Positions 36,235 through 45,399 of a DNA stretch of 64,000 nt are shown in pieces (the stretch's first letter is position 1; each line of letters opens with the position of its first letter). This DNA is from Bacilli bacterium. GTDB lineage: Bacteria > Bacillota_I > Bacilli_A > RFN20 > CAG-826. Under the pieces are notes generated by a model. The model did not search any database. It had not been told where the DNA came from and saw only the letters and a list, made by a program, of their open reading frames with translations. Made by a program: the position numbers and the translations under genes. The DNA lies in NCBI GenBank assembly GCA_035647455.1, contig DASRNI010000028.1, positions 202,736-266,735 of the forward strand. The letters run 5' to 3'.

Positions 36235-37620
36235 ATGAAAACAAAACGCACAAGTGCAGTGTTAACTCTTGTTGTTGCACTATTTATCGGTGCTTTTCTT
36301 GCATTCGCCCACATTTTGCTTGGGAGTGACTTCTTACAGCTCGGTGCATTGAAATTCGCAACTTACTTTGCAGCACTAATTCAATTTGATCCGCTCGTTT
36401 GGGCAATCGTGAACATTAGTGTACTTGCTGTTGCTTTAGTACTTGCATTAATTTGGATTATCCGCCTATTAGTTTATCGTCGTAACGTCTTTAATTTGTT
36501 ATCACCAATTGTTTTTCTAGTCGCCGTTTTTATCGGGATTTTTGTTGTTGATAGCAGTGATACGATTGAAAGCTTTTTCGGTAATGCGAATACAATTGTA
36601 GTCACCGGTTACTTATTAGTGACTGCGGCAATTATTGTTGCACTCGCAATTCATTTAGTAATCGTTGGTTTAATTACTTCAGGACCACGCAAAAAAGAAC
36701 AACTAATTGATGAAGAAGTTTTAGCAGTCGACGAAGAAGTAGATTCAACATTATCTTTTGATGAAGAAGAAGACGAAGAAGAAGAACTTGTCGAAGTTGA
36801 AGAAGTAGTTGTTTACGAAGAAGAGGAAGAAGAATTCGACGGTGAAGTTGAAGAAGACGAAGAAGAAGTTGAATTTGACGGTGAAGTCGAAGACGAAGAA
36901 ATTGAAGAAGTCGTTGAAGAACCTATCGAGGAAGAAGTTGTTGAAGAAGCGGCTGCTGAAGTTGTTGAACGGGTTATTCACCAAGAAATTGTTCAAACAA
37001 TCGTTCAAGAACCGGATTATGAAAGTGAAAAACTCGAAGAAATCATTCGGAAGATTATTCGTGAAGAACTAAAAGATGTTGAAGTTCGTCCGGAACCAGT
37101 CAAAGAAGAACCGAAAGTCGCGCCAAAGCCAGTTGCAAAACCTGCACCTAAGCCAGTAGCGAAACCAGCGCCAAAACCGGTTGCAAAGCCAAAGGTGGCA
37201 ACACCTCCAGCACCGCGACCACAAACTGTTGAGCGCATTCCTTTTGCCGTACGTCTCGAATCGATGGAAACTGATATCCAAGAAAAATACGAAGAACTCC
37301 GCGATTACTTATTGAGTTATGATATTAAATCAAGAGTTTCAAATTCAGGTGATTCATTCCGTCTCTCGCGTAAACTTTACGCCAAGATTACGACATCAGG
37401 AAATACTGGACTAAAAATTTACTTACCAGTAGATATTACTGATTATGCTGACACAAAGCTTCCACTTAAAAATGCAAGCCATATTAAAGCATACGCAGAT
37501 GTCCCTACATTCCTCTACATTAAGAGTGATTTATCAGTTCGTCGCGCCAAACAATTAATTGATGACGTGATGCTTGCTGATGGTATCGTTCGTAAGTTCC
37601 AACGTGAAGATTTAGAATAA
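36235..37620 (+). CDS. Membrane protein with poly-acidic linker, PKPVAKPA repeats and a conserved-looking C-terminal domain
   Basis: 461-aa ORF. About 4 N-terminal TM helices are followed by a roughly 90-aa D/E/V-rich tract and three APKPVAKP repeats. A roughly 120-aa globular C-terminus follows (RIPFAVRLE...RRAKQLIDDV). Family not recognised. Confidence 0.7.
   Translation: MKTKRTSAVLTLVVALFIGAFLAFAHILLGSDFLQLGALKFATYFAALIQFDPLVWAIVNISVLAVALVLALIWIIRLLVYRRNVFNLLSPIVFLVAVFIGIFVVDSSDTIESFFGNANTIVVTGYLLVTAAIIVALAIHLVIVGLITSGPRKKEQLIDEEVLAVDEEVDSTLSFDEEEDEEEELVEVEEVVVYEEEEEEFDGEVEEDEEEVEFDGEVEDEEIEEVVEEPIEEEVVEEAAAEVVERVIHQEIVQTIVQEPDYESEKLEEIIRKIIREELKDVEVRPEPVKEEPKVAPKPVAKPAPKPVAKPAPKPVAKPKVATPPAPRPQTVERIPFAVRLESMETDIQEKYEELRDYLLSYDIKSRVSNSGDSFRLSRKLYAKITTSGNTGLKIYLPVDITDYADTKLPLKNASHIKAYADVPTFLYIKSDLSVRRAKQLIDDVMLADGIVRKFQREDLE
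36709..36969 (+). repeat. Low-complexity GAA/GAAGAAG-rich coding tract (poly-Glu/Asp/Val)
   Basis: Encodes DEEVLAVDEEVD...EEFDGEVEEDEEEVEFDGEVEDEE...EEVVEEAAAEVVE, including a duplicated (E)EFDGEVE(E)DEE unit. Confidence 0.8.
37120..37191 (+). repeat. Three tandem 24-nt repeats encoding APKPVAKP
   Basis: Units at 37120..37143, 37144..37167 and 37168..37191 encode the same octapeptide with synonymous differences. Confidence 0.85.
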
Positions 37621-37650
37621 TTACGAGCAACACTTTATAGAGTAACAATC

Positions 37651-37674
37651 ACCCTGGCTTCGGTCAGGGTTTTT
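37651..37674 (+). terminator. Rho-independent terminator after the repeat-rich membrane protein gene
   Basis: ACCCTG-GCTTCGGT-CAGGGT followed by TTTT. Confidence 0.75.
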
Positions 37675-37690
37675 GTTAATATAAATAAAG

Positions 37691-37706
37691 TTGTATTTAT
37701 ATACAA
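37691..37706. promoter_or_regulatory. Candidate TetR operator
   Basis: TTGTAT-TTAT-ATACAA (6-bp perfect arms), 36 nt upstream of the TetR-family start codon. Confidence 0.45.
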
Positions 37707-37741
37707 TATGCGGTAAACTAATAATGAACAGGAGTTTACTG

Positions 37742-38305
37742 ATGCAACTATTAAAGCCACATATTCGTGAAAAAATTGTGAATAATGCTCGTGATGTTTT
37801 TTTTGAAAAAGGCTATTCGAAAACCTCAATGCGTTTAATTGCGCGGAAGTCGAAAATTACAGTTGGTAATATTTACCGCTATTTTAAAAACAAAGAAGCA
37901 TTGTTTGATTTTATTGTTCTTGAGACGTATAGCGAATTAATCGATTATATAAATCGACATAAAGCAGCACCGATTGAAGAACAACTTACGGATCAATATT
38001 TAACAACTGTCCTTCGCGAATTTAGTGAAATTTGTATAGACAAACCGAAAGAAATTGTCATTATACTCGAACGCTATTTTGCTGGCGGATCATATGAATC
38101 ACTTGCAAAGCTCGAAAAAATTATTCATCGTCGGTTACTTGACGTTATTCCAACGCTTGATGACAGTTTCGTTAAGCTAATCGTCTTCATTATGTATAAA
38201 GGCGTTTTATACACACTACAAAATGAACCGCTTGCTGAACTAGAGCAAGCATTAAATAAATTATTTAAATTTATCTTCCAAGATATTGTTGAAAGGGTTA
38301 ATTAA
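37742..38305 (+). CDS. TetR/AcrR-family transcriptional regulator
   Basis: N-terminal HTH: ARDVFFEKGYSKTSMRLIARKSKITVGNIYRYFKNKEALF. ATG at 37742 lies 7 nt after AGGAG. The listed TTG at 37691 lies inside the palindrome and is unlikely. Confidence 0.88.
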   Translation: MQLLKPHIREKIVNNARDVFFEKGYSKTSMRLIARKSKITVGNIYRYFKNKEALFDFIVLETYSELIDYINRHKAAPIEEQLTDQYLTTVLREFSEICIDKPKEIVIILERYFAGGSYESLAKLEKIIHRRLLDVIPTLDDSFVKLIVFIMYKGVLYTLQNEPLAELEQALNKLFKFIFQDIVERVN

Positions 38306-38306
38306 T

Positions 38307-40526
38307 ATGAAAAAAGTTATGGATAAGATTTTCGGCTTTATTGTACGGTTTCGCTATTTTTTCCTTGCAGGATGGGGTGCTTTATTTGTTGTTTCTTTGC
38401 TCTTAATTCCTAGTGTAACAATTAATTATGATTCAACGACATATTTACCAAAAGATAGCGAAACTAAAGAAGCATTGCGCATCATGGAAGAAGAGTTTGG
38501 CCTTAAAGGCCAAGCAATATTACTTCTTGAAAACGTAACAATTGAAGAAGCAATTAATCAAAAAGAAAACTTAAGTGATATTAAGTATGTTTCGACGATT
38601 TTCTGGTTGGATGACTTTATTGAAAAAGATATGCTCGATACAATTCAAAACCTTATTCCCGGTGATTTCCCGTTACAACTTGATGATGCGCTTGGATTAA
38701 TTCCTGGTTTAGAAACGTTTTATCAAAAAAAGAGTGCATTAATGCAAATAATGTTTACGGAAGATGACCATAGTTTAAAAACTGGGGATGCAATTAAAGA
38801 AATAAAGAAACGTCTTGAACGTGCCCCTTATAATTTTGCGCTTGGTGGACCCGCTGTTTCGGCCTTTTATATGCGGGAAATTACGACAAGTGAAGTACTA
38901 AAGATTACGCTTTACGTTATTCCAATTGTTTTATTAATTTTATTTATTTTCACAAACTCGTGGATTGAGCCGTTAGTTTTCCTGCTTGTCGTCGGTATCT
39001 CTGTTTTAATAAATATGGGGACAAACGTCGTTTTCTCGTCAATATCATTTATTACGAATTCGACGGCCGCATTGCTCCAACTTGCTATTTCGATGGATTA
39101 CGCGATTTTCTTGCTTCACCAGTATACGAAGGAGCGTGAAGATGGGACTGAAAAACTTGAAGCGATGAAAAAGGCAATGAGTAAGTCGTTTCTCTCGATT
39201 TCTTCGAGTATGCTCACAACCGCAGCTGGTTTTGCGGCCCTGATGTTTATGCGCTATAAAATCGGTCTTGATTTAAGCGCGGTCATGATTAAAGGGATTG
39301 TAATTAGTTTAGTTGCTACATTTACACTGTTGCCGGTCTTAATTTTAATCTTTGACAAATTACTCATTAAAACAAAGCACCGCCCGTTCTTTCCTAAATT
39401 AGGGATTCTGAATAAAATCATCTTAAAAATGCGCTACGTTGTTCCAGCAATCGCCCTAGTTGTGATCGGACCGGCATTTATTGCGCAAAGTAATAATCAC
39501 TTCGTTTATGGTGAACAAGCGATGAGTACAGGTGAAGGTAGTGAAGGGGCGCAATATTTAGATTTAATTGAAAAGAAGTTTGGTAAACAAAACATGAGTG
39601 CGATTCTTGTCCCGAACAAGACGGAAGATGATCTTAAACGACAAATGGAACTAATCGATATACTTGAAGATAAACTAACGCCTTATTCACCGGTTATCCA
39701 AAGTTACTTATCAATTAAAGCAACATTTGATCAATATGACTTTTTGCCTGATGACATTGTCGAAAACTTTATTCCTGATGAATTTATCACGATGTTAGAA
39801 AGTGAAAATTACTCAAGAATTATCGTTATTTTAGCGCTTGATTCCGAGTCGCCTGAAGCATTTGCAGCGATGGAGATAATGGAAACACAAACAATCGGTA
39901 AGTTTGGGAATCGGGCATATGTCGTCGGGACAACATCGGCGGTTAAAGAGATTAAAGATTATGTTACAAGTGACTATATTATCGTTGAAATACTTTCGAT
40001 CGTGCTTGTACTCGTAATTTTGATTGTGAGTTTCCGCAGTCTTTCATTACCGGTTATGCTCGTCTTTACAATTCAACTTTCGGTGTGGATCAATATGAGT
40101 GTTCCATTTTTACTTAATGATCCGCTGATATTTATCGGCTTTATTATTGTAAGTGCAATCCAGCTTGGTGCGACGATTGATTACGGAATTCTTTTAACGC
40201 AGCATTACATCGATGGTCGCGCAGCACTTAATAAACGCGCAGCACTTAAATATGCGCTTGATAATTCGGGGCATAGTATTTTAACCTCGGGCTTGATTTT
40301 AACTGCTGCAGGTTACACATTATCTTTTTTCTCCGGAATTGAAGGAATTGCAAGTATGGGCCACTTAATTGGACGTGGGGCTGCACTTTCAATCGTACTC
40401 GTTCTTGTATTGATGCCGCAGTTATTGTATCGCCTTGATACTGTAGTTCTAAAAACAACGAGGAAACTCGATTTTATTGATAGTGCTGAAGAAGAAAGAC
40501 CACCCTCTCTCTTCGATGGAAAGTAA
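38307..40526 (+). CDS. MMPL/RND-superfamily membrane transporter
   Basis: About 740 aa with two repeats of (TM, large loop, 5-TM bundle). Typical MMPL stretches: LQLAISMDYAIFLLHQY and IQLGATIDYGILLTQHY. The ATG is 1 nt after the TetR stop. Confidence 0.8.
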   Translation: MKKVMDKIFGFIVRFRYFFLAGWGALFVVSLLLIPSVTINYDSTTYLPKDSETKEALRIMEEEFGLKGQAILLLENVTIEEAINQKENLSDIKYVSTIFWLDDFIEKDMLDTIQNLIPGDFPLQLDDALGLIPGLETFYQKKSALMQIMFTEDDHSLKTGDAIKEIKKRLERAPYNFALGGPAVSAFYMREITTSEVLKITLYVIPIVLLILFIFTNSWIEPLVFLLVVGISVLINMGTNVVFSSISFITNSTAALLQLAISMDYAIFLLHQYTKEREDGTEKLEAMKKAMSKSFLSISSSMLTTAAGFAALMFMRYKIGLDLSAVMIKGIVISLVATFTLLPVLILIFDKLLIKTKHRPFFPKLGILNKIILKMRYVVPAIALVVIGPAFIAQSNNHFVYGEQAMSTGEGSEGAQYLDLIEKKFGKQNMSAILVPNKTEDDLKRQMELIDILEDKLTPYSPVIQSYLSIKATFDQYDFLPDDIVENFIPDEFITMLESENYSRIIVILALDSESPEAFAAMEIMETQTIGKFGNRAYVVGTTSAVKEIKDYVTSDYIIVEILSIVLVLVILIVSFRSLSLPVMLVFTIQLSVWINMSVPFLLNDPLIFIGFIIVSAIQLGATIDYGILLTQHYIDGRAALNKRAALKYALDNSGHSILTSGLILTAAGYTLSFFSGIEGIASMGHLIGRGAALSIVLVLVLMPQLLYRLDTVVLKTTRKLDFIDSAEEERPPSLFDGK

Positions 40527-40557
40527 TTTAAAATAGAAATCTTTTTAATTTGAAAAG

Positions 40558-40606
40558 TTGCGAATAATTAATTGCTATGTTAATATACTTTTGCATATTG
40601 CAAAAG
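40558..40606 (+). promoter_or_regulatory. Putative promoter plus leader hairpin/palindrome upstream of the CNNM gene pair
   Basis: TTGCGA, 17 nt, TGtTAATAT (extended -10, 40578..40586). This is followed by an 8-bp perfect inverted repeat CTTTTGCA-TAT-TGCAAAAG (40588..40606) abutting the RBS. Confidence 0.45.
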
Positions 40607-40616
40607 AAGGGAGTGG

Positions 40617-41645
40617 TTGATAGTGCCTGACGAGCCTCTGTTGTGGGTTCTTATTATTAGTTTATTTATCGCCTCAATATTTTTCAGCGGTAGTGAAACA
40701 GCATTTATCACCGCCAATCGTTTTAAACTCAAGGCTCGTGCGGAAAATGGCGAAAAACGCGCCAAACTAACCGCATGGGTATTAGATAATTTAGAAAATT
40801 CATTAGTGAGTATTGTTATTTTTAATAATATTGTTAATTTACTGTTCACGACACTTTTAACGATTGTTTTTATTAATAAGTTTGGCGAAGATAGTGGCGC
40901 ACTAATTACTTCGCTTGTTAGTGTACCGCTTGTTTTTCTCTTTGCCGAAGCGCTTCCGAAAGCAATTGCGCGGCGAAATGCCGAAAGCTGGGCAGTTTAT
41001 AGCAGTTTCATTTTAGCGCCATTAATTATTATTTTCTGGCCGGTTTCATATTTATTTAAACTCTTTATTGCCCTGATTAAATTAATCTTTAAGTTCGAAG
41101 AAGATAATATTTTTAGTCCGCGTGACTTTGAAAATGTCATTGAAGCAATTGAAGAACAAGGTGCATTAAGTGAAGATAGTAGTGACTTAATTATTTCGAC
41201 GCTTGATTTTAGTGAAACTGTTGTTCATGATGTTTTAACACCGCTTAATAAAATCGTGGCGTATGATCTTGCTAAATACAGTAAAAAATCACTCCACAAA
41301 TTGCTTTTAGAAACACCGTTTTCGCGTGTTCCTGTTTACGATAAAAAAATCGATAACATCGTCGGTGTAATTATTGTTCGTGAATATATCCGTGCTTATG
41401 TTAATGATGAAAATGTTGATATTAGAAACGTGATGCGTAAACCGTACTTCGTTTTTGCTAAAGTTTCTTTAACAACAATGATTGAAGGTTTTAAAAAGCA
41501 AATCACGCATATTGCTTTTGTTCGTAACACAAATAAACAAGTAATCGGCATGGTGACGATGGAAGACGTCCTTGAAGAACTTGTCGGGCAAATTGCTGAA
41601 CCAAGTGCAGCGCTGAAAAAAGGAGTGGTCGAAGTCAATGACTAA
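40617..41645 (+). CDS. CNNM/DUF21 + CBS-pair protein (no CorC_HlyC domain)
   Basis: 342-aa ORF with the DUF21 N-terminus (FFSGSETAFIT) and a CBS pair. It ends right after the second CBS motif. Listed start is TTG; GTG at 40623 is also possible. Confidence 0.8.
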   Translation: MIVPDEPLLWVLIISLFIASIFFSGSETAFITANRFKLKARAENGEKRAKLTAWVLDNLENSLVSIVIFNNIVNLLFTTLLTIVFINKFGEDSGALITSLVSVPLVFLFAEALPKAIARRNAESWAVYSSFILAPLIIIFWPVSYLFKLFIALIKLIFKFEEDNIFSPRDFENVIEAIEEQGALSEDSSDLIISTLDFSETVVHDVLTPLNKIVAYDLAKYSKKSLHKLLLETPFSRVPVYDKKIDNIVGVIIVREYIRAYVNDENVDIRNVMRKPYFVFAKVSLTTMIEGFKKQITHIAFVRNTNKQVIGMVTMEDVLEELVGQIAEPSAALKKGVVEVND

Positions 41646-42915
41646 TATTACACTTTTTATTGCTGCCTTAATTTTACTCGCGCTTTCTTTTTTCTTTAGT
41701 TTAGCGGAAAGTGTTTATTCAAGTGTTGATAAGTTACGGCTTGAACGTGATGTGAAGGAAAATGTGAAACAAAGTAAAAATGCTCTCTTAATTGCCACAA
41801 CGTACGACCGGACGATCTTTACTGTCTTATTTGGTAATAACTTAGTTAATATCGTTTTAACAGCGCTTTGGACAATGCTTGCGTTTCGGTTAGATACACA
41901 AGCGAATGCTCCGGGTCTTTATCTTACGCTTTTCCCGCTTATTTTGTTTTTTGTTATTCTTTCAGTTGGCGAAATTATTCCGAAAACGATTGGTTTAAAG
42001 TTTAATTACCGTTTAAGTTACGGCTTAATTTATCCGTTCTTAATTTTCCGGTTTATCTTTTATCCGGTTGTTTTTCTTGTCATGAAAATCGCTGCCCTTT
42101 TGCCGAATATGCGGAAACAAGATGAAAGTGAAAGTAACGGTGTTGACGAACTTTATACGGAAGACGAGCTCCAAGTTATTGTTGATGAAATTGAAGAGTC
42201 GGGGTTACTTACGGAAGAAACGAGTGAACTAGTTCGTTCCGCGCTTGAATTTACAGAAACAGAAGCGTATGAAATAATGACACCACGCGTTGATTTAGTG
42301 ATGTATGACATTGAAGATGATATTTATGAAGTAATTAGAGAAGGGGCAATCTTTGGCTTTAGCCGGGTGCCGGTTTATGAAGATACTGTTGATAATATTA
42401 TCGGTATATTGCCAACAAAACTTTTACTTCGTCTTTTACTCAGCAAACAAAAAATTAATGTTCGCTCTTTAATTGTCCCCGCCCTTTTCGTCCCGCATGG
42501 CAAACGCATTAGTGCAATACTGACCGAATTTAAAACGACAAAGACACATATTGCGGTTGTTATTGATGAATATGGTGGGATGGAAGGCGTTTTAACGATG
42601 GAAGATATTGTTGAAGAAATTATCGGTGAAATTTGGGATGAAAGCGACGTAATTGATGAACCAATTATTAAAAAAGGTGAAGGCCATTATATTTTTGATG
42701 GTAACGTTAATTTAGAAGACTTTTTCGAAGATTTTAATATCCGTGTCGATGAAGATACGGACTATGATACATTAGGTGGGTGGTGTTTAGATCAACTTGA
42801 CCGCTTTGCGAATGTTGGTGACGAATTCACTTACGACAACCACAAATTTAAAATCTTAAAAGTTGATCGCTTCGCTGTGGATAAGGTTGAAGTTAAAAAG
42901 ATTGAAGAAGAGTAA
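41638..42915 (+). CDS. CNNM/DUF21 + CBS-pair + CorC_HlyC domain protein (hemolysin-family / Mg-Co efflux-like)
   Basis: 425-aa ORF with DUF21 (LAESVYSS), a CBS pair (AVVIDEYGGMEGVLTMEDIVEEIIGEI) and a C-terminal transporter-associated domain. Overlaps its paralog by 8 nt. Confidence 0.85.
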   Translation: MTNITLFIAALILLALSFFFSLAESVYSSVDKLRLERDVKENVKQSKNALLIATTYDRTIFTVLFGNNLVNIVLTALWTMLAFRLDTQANAPGLYLTLFPLILFFVILSVGEIIPKTIGLKFNYRLSYGLIYPFLIFRFIFYPVVFLVMKIAALLPNMRKQDESESNGVDELYTEDELQVIVDEIEESGLLTEETSELVRSALEFTETEAYEIMTPRVDLVMYDIEDDIYEVIREGAIFGFSRVPVYEDTVDNIIGILPTKLLLRLLLSKQKINVRSLIVPALFVPHGKRISAILTEFKTTKTHIAVVIDEYGGMEGVLTMEDIVEEIIGEIWDESDVIDEPIIKKGEGHYIFDGNVNLEDFFEDFNIRVDEDTDYDTLGGWCLDQLDRFANVGDEFTYDNHKFKILKVDRFAVDKVEVKKIEEE

Positions 42916-43802
42916 TGAACTTTAAAAAATACGTCAATAGTTTACCGTCATTAAAAGGACAAAAAATTGTGATAACGGGCACCACAAGTGGGCTCGGATT
43001 TGCCCTTAGCGAACTTGTACTCATCAAAGGTGGCGATTTAATTATGGCTAATCGCACAAGTAGTCGCGCCACAAAAGCGCAAGCGTATTTAAGTGAAAAA
43101 TACGGCGCTCAAAAAGTACAAACAATCACATACGATCAAAGTGATACAACAACATTTGCCGCGTTTATTAATGAACTCAAAAACTTAAAGGGAGAAATCA
43201 ATGCTTTTGTTTTTAATGCTGGTGTTTATTTGCCTGATGAAGCATTACGCACGGATAAAGATTTAATGTTAACGTTTGGCGTTAATTACTTTGGTAATTA
43301 TGCTTTGACTGAAAAACTTTATGAAAGCGGACTCGTCAAAAAGTCAACAAGATTAATATACACGACATCGATTGCTGCGAATAAAAAACTTTCAACAAAA
43401 TGTGTTAATCATCTCTTTAATAACACAGTACCTAAACGTCATCGCGAATATAAATACTCCAAAACAGCTTTAAATATTTACGCAAGTAATTTAATGAATA
43501 CAAAAGAAAACAATGTCTATTTATATCATCCCGGAGTTACGGGAACGAATATTGTCCGTTTCCGCGGTAAACTCATTCGTAGACTTGCGCGCTTTTTCAT
43601 GAAACTTATCTTCCCACCCACGAATAAAGCCGCGCTTGGTGCGATGCTCGCATTAACGACAGAAGACGGTGGTAAAAATCACATAATTGTTCCGCGTGGC
43701 GCTTTTAACATTGTTGGTTATCCGAAGTTCAAAGAGTTAAAAATAAAAAATAGTGCCGCAAGTGCAACACTACTTGAATTAAGTAAAGAAAAAGCCCGTT
43801 AG
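42915..43802 (+). CDS. Short-chain dehydrogenase/reductase family protein
   Basis: 295-aa ORF with ITGTTSGLGFA (TGxxxGxG) and a YKYSK (YxxxK) motif. Confidence 0.75.
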   Translation: MNFKKYVNSLPSLKGQKIVITGTTSGLGFALSELVLIKGGDLIMANRTSSRATKAQAYLSEKYGAQKVQTITYDQSDTTTFAAFINELKNLKGEINAFVFNAGVYLPDEALRTDKDLMLTFGVNYFGNYALTEKLYESGLVKKSTRLIYTTSIAANKKLSTKCVNHLFNNTVPKRHREYKYSKTALNIYASNLMNTKENNVYLYHPGVTGTNIVRFRGKLIRRLARFFMKLIFPPTNKAALGAMLALTTEDGGKNHIIVPRGAFNIVGYPKFKELKIKNSAASATLLELSKEKAR

Positions 43803-44344
43803 AAATCGAGTTCTAACATTTTTTTGGCATACGTTTCATAAACTTCAATTGTTACCGTACGAATTGACTGAGTTTCGCTATTAATATTAAAATCAATCCC
43901 CTTAATAATATCGGGATCAAACTTTGCGTCATCAAGCGCAATCCGCTCTTTGGCGGCCTTTTCTTTGTCGCCCCGTTCAAGCATTCGCGCGTAACGAACA
44001 TCACGGCTTGCGTGCATAAAAAAAGAAAAGATACAAGGATCATTAAGTTTTTTAAATGCTTTTAACCCGGAAGGGTCAACAATTAAAACTTTGTCATTCG
44101 CGATTTCTACTTTGGAAGTCCCATAATAATTGTCATTGTATTTTGTTGTTTCGACGAAAAAATCTTTATTTTTGAGTTCGATAAATTGTTCGTAACTGAC
44201 GAAATGGTAATCAATCCCGTTTATTTCACCAGGACGCATCGCCCGTGTTGTGTGGGTAACGGCTTTTTTGACACCGAAAAGTTTTCCAAGTTTTTTCGCA
44301 ACTTCGGTTTTACCGCTTGCACTCGCGCCGACTAAAATAATCAT
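43799..44344 (-). CDS. gmk: Guanylate kinase family protein
   Basis: 181-aa ORF with P-loop GASASGKTE, then THTTRAMRPGEINGIDYHFVS and YYGTS. Whether it is the housekeeping gmk or a paralog cannot be told from this window. Confidence 0.7.
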   Translation of the reverse strand: MIILVGASASGKTEVAKKLGKLFGVKKAVTHTTRAMRPGEINGIDYHFVSYEQFIELKNKDFFVETTKYNDNYYGTSKVEIANDKVLIVDPSGLKAFKKLNDPCIFSFFMHASRDVRYARMLERGDKEKAAKERIALDDAKFDPDIIKGIDFNINSETQSIRTVTIEVYETYAKKMLELDF

Positions 44345-44432
44345 AGTAATATATTACGTCAAATTTACGTAAAAAGCACGAAAAAAAGGTCCTGAAAATA
44401 AAATCTTTTGTATTTTTAATTAAGGAGGCGAG

Positions 44433-45398
44433 ATGAAAAAGATTATTCCGCTTATTTTTTTACTTTTAATTCCGTTGCAAAGTGATAGTATGCCGACAAA
44501 TTACCGCGGGATTATTGATCACGAAATTTACCCTTTTCAAATTAATGAGCCGTTCCATATTTCGGTTCCGTTTTATTTTAGTACGGCAACAGCTTTAAGT
44601 TACCGCTATGAAATTGTTAATAGTAACGGTAGAAGTACTTTTTTCGCTGATGATAAAACCGTGAATATTCGCGCGGGCTTTAATTACTTTATTAGTCATA
44701 CGGGCAAAGCTAGTGAATTTAGTCTAGGGCGCAATTATATGCGTCTATATTATCGCTTAGATAGTGAACCTTGGCGAACGTACTATGGTTATTTTTATGG
44801 CTATAATGCGTATAGTAATATTGTAATTAATGATGACGGGGCGGGGAGTTCACTTTTAGCAAACGAAGCGCGATATACGTATTATCAACAATCAAACTCG
44901 GGAATTATCGAACAAATGTTTTTTGATACGTCAGCGTTCAAATTTACTTATACACTACATAATGACTTATATTTTGATTTAGGTAAGTTAACTGCGCGAT
45001 TTATTAATTTTGAACGTTCATTAAGTTACGACGGTGTTCGTGTGAGTTTTAGTGATTATAGTCTTTTCCCAAAACTACCAACATTAGCCGGTAAGAAAGC
45101 GCTCCACTTAAAAATTATTTACACGAATAATGAGTTAAGGTTCCGGCCATACTATCAACTTTATGTTGATCCTAAAACGCATATTATAAGTTATGAAAAA
45201 GAGCCTGGTTTTATTCTCGCTGATAAAATATATTTTCCGCGGGACAAGTTTGATACAGTCAACAATGCTGAAGTAACGATGACGATTACAAATTTTAGTT
45301 ATGGCGGCTTTACGTTAACGTACCATTTTCAACTTAACGTTTTACAAAAGTACTTTGGCGATGGCGGTCTTTATGAAATAGAAGTTGAGCGTTATTAA
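44433..45398 (+). CDS. Secreted hypothetical protein, first gene of the Tad-like cluster
   Basis: 321-aa ORF with strong RBS TAAGGAGG and an N-terminal signal-like segment MKKIIPLIFLLLIPLQS (no lipobox Cys). The remainder is Tyr/Phe/Asn-rich and looks beta-rich. No family recognised. Confidence 0.65.
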   Translation: MKKIIPLIFLLLIPLQSDSMPTNYRGIIDHEIYPFQINEPFHISVPFYFSTATALSYRYEIVNSNGRSTFFADDKTVNIRAGFNYFISHTGKASEFSLGRNYMRLYYRLDSEPWRTYYGYFYGYNAYSNIVINDDGAGSSLLANEARYTYYQQSNSGIIEQMFFDTSAFKFTYTLHNDLYFDLGKLTARFINFERSLSYDGVRVSFSDYSLFPKLPTLAGKKALHLKIIYTNNELRFRPYYQLYVDPKTHIISYEKEPGFILADKIYFPRDKFDTVNNAEVTMTITNFSYGGFTLTYHFQLNVLQKYFGDGGLYEIEVERY

Positions 45399-45399
45399 A

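Noticed and set aside
36751-37281. Several ORFs (36751..37008 minus, 36809..37072 plus, 37017..37238 minus, 37069..37281 minus) inside the repeat-rich membrane protein gene
   Set aside because: These are alternative-frame or antisense readings of GAA-rich and CCA/GCA-rich low-complexity DNA. The translations are homopolymeric nonsense (F/N-rich, K-rich, G/F/A-rich).
40527-40616. Mg2+ (M-box) riboswitch upstream of the CNNM/CorC genes
   Set aside because: The leader is under 60 nt after the predicted promoter, far shorter than an M-box of about 160 nt. Only a simple 8-bp hairpin is present.
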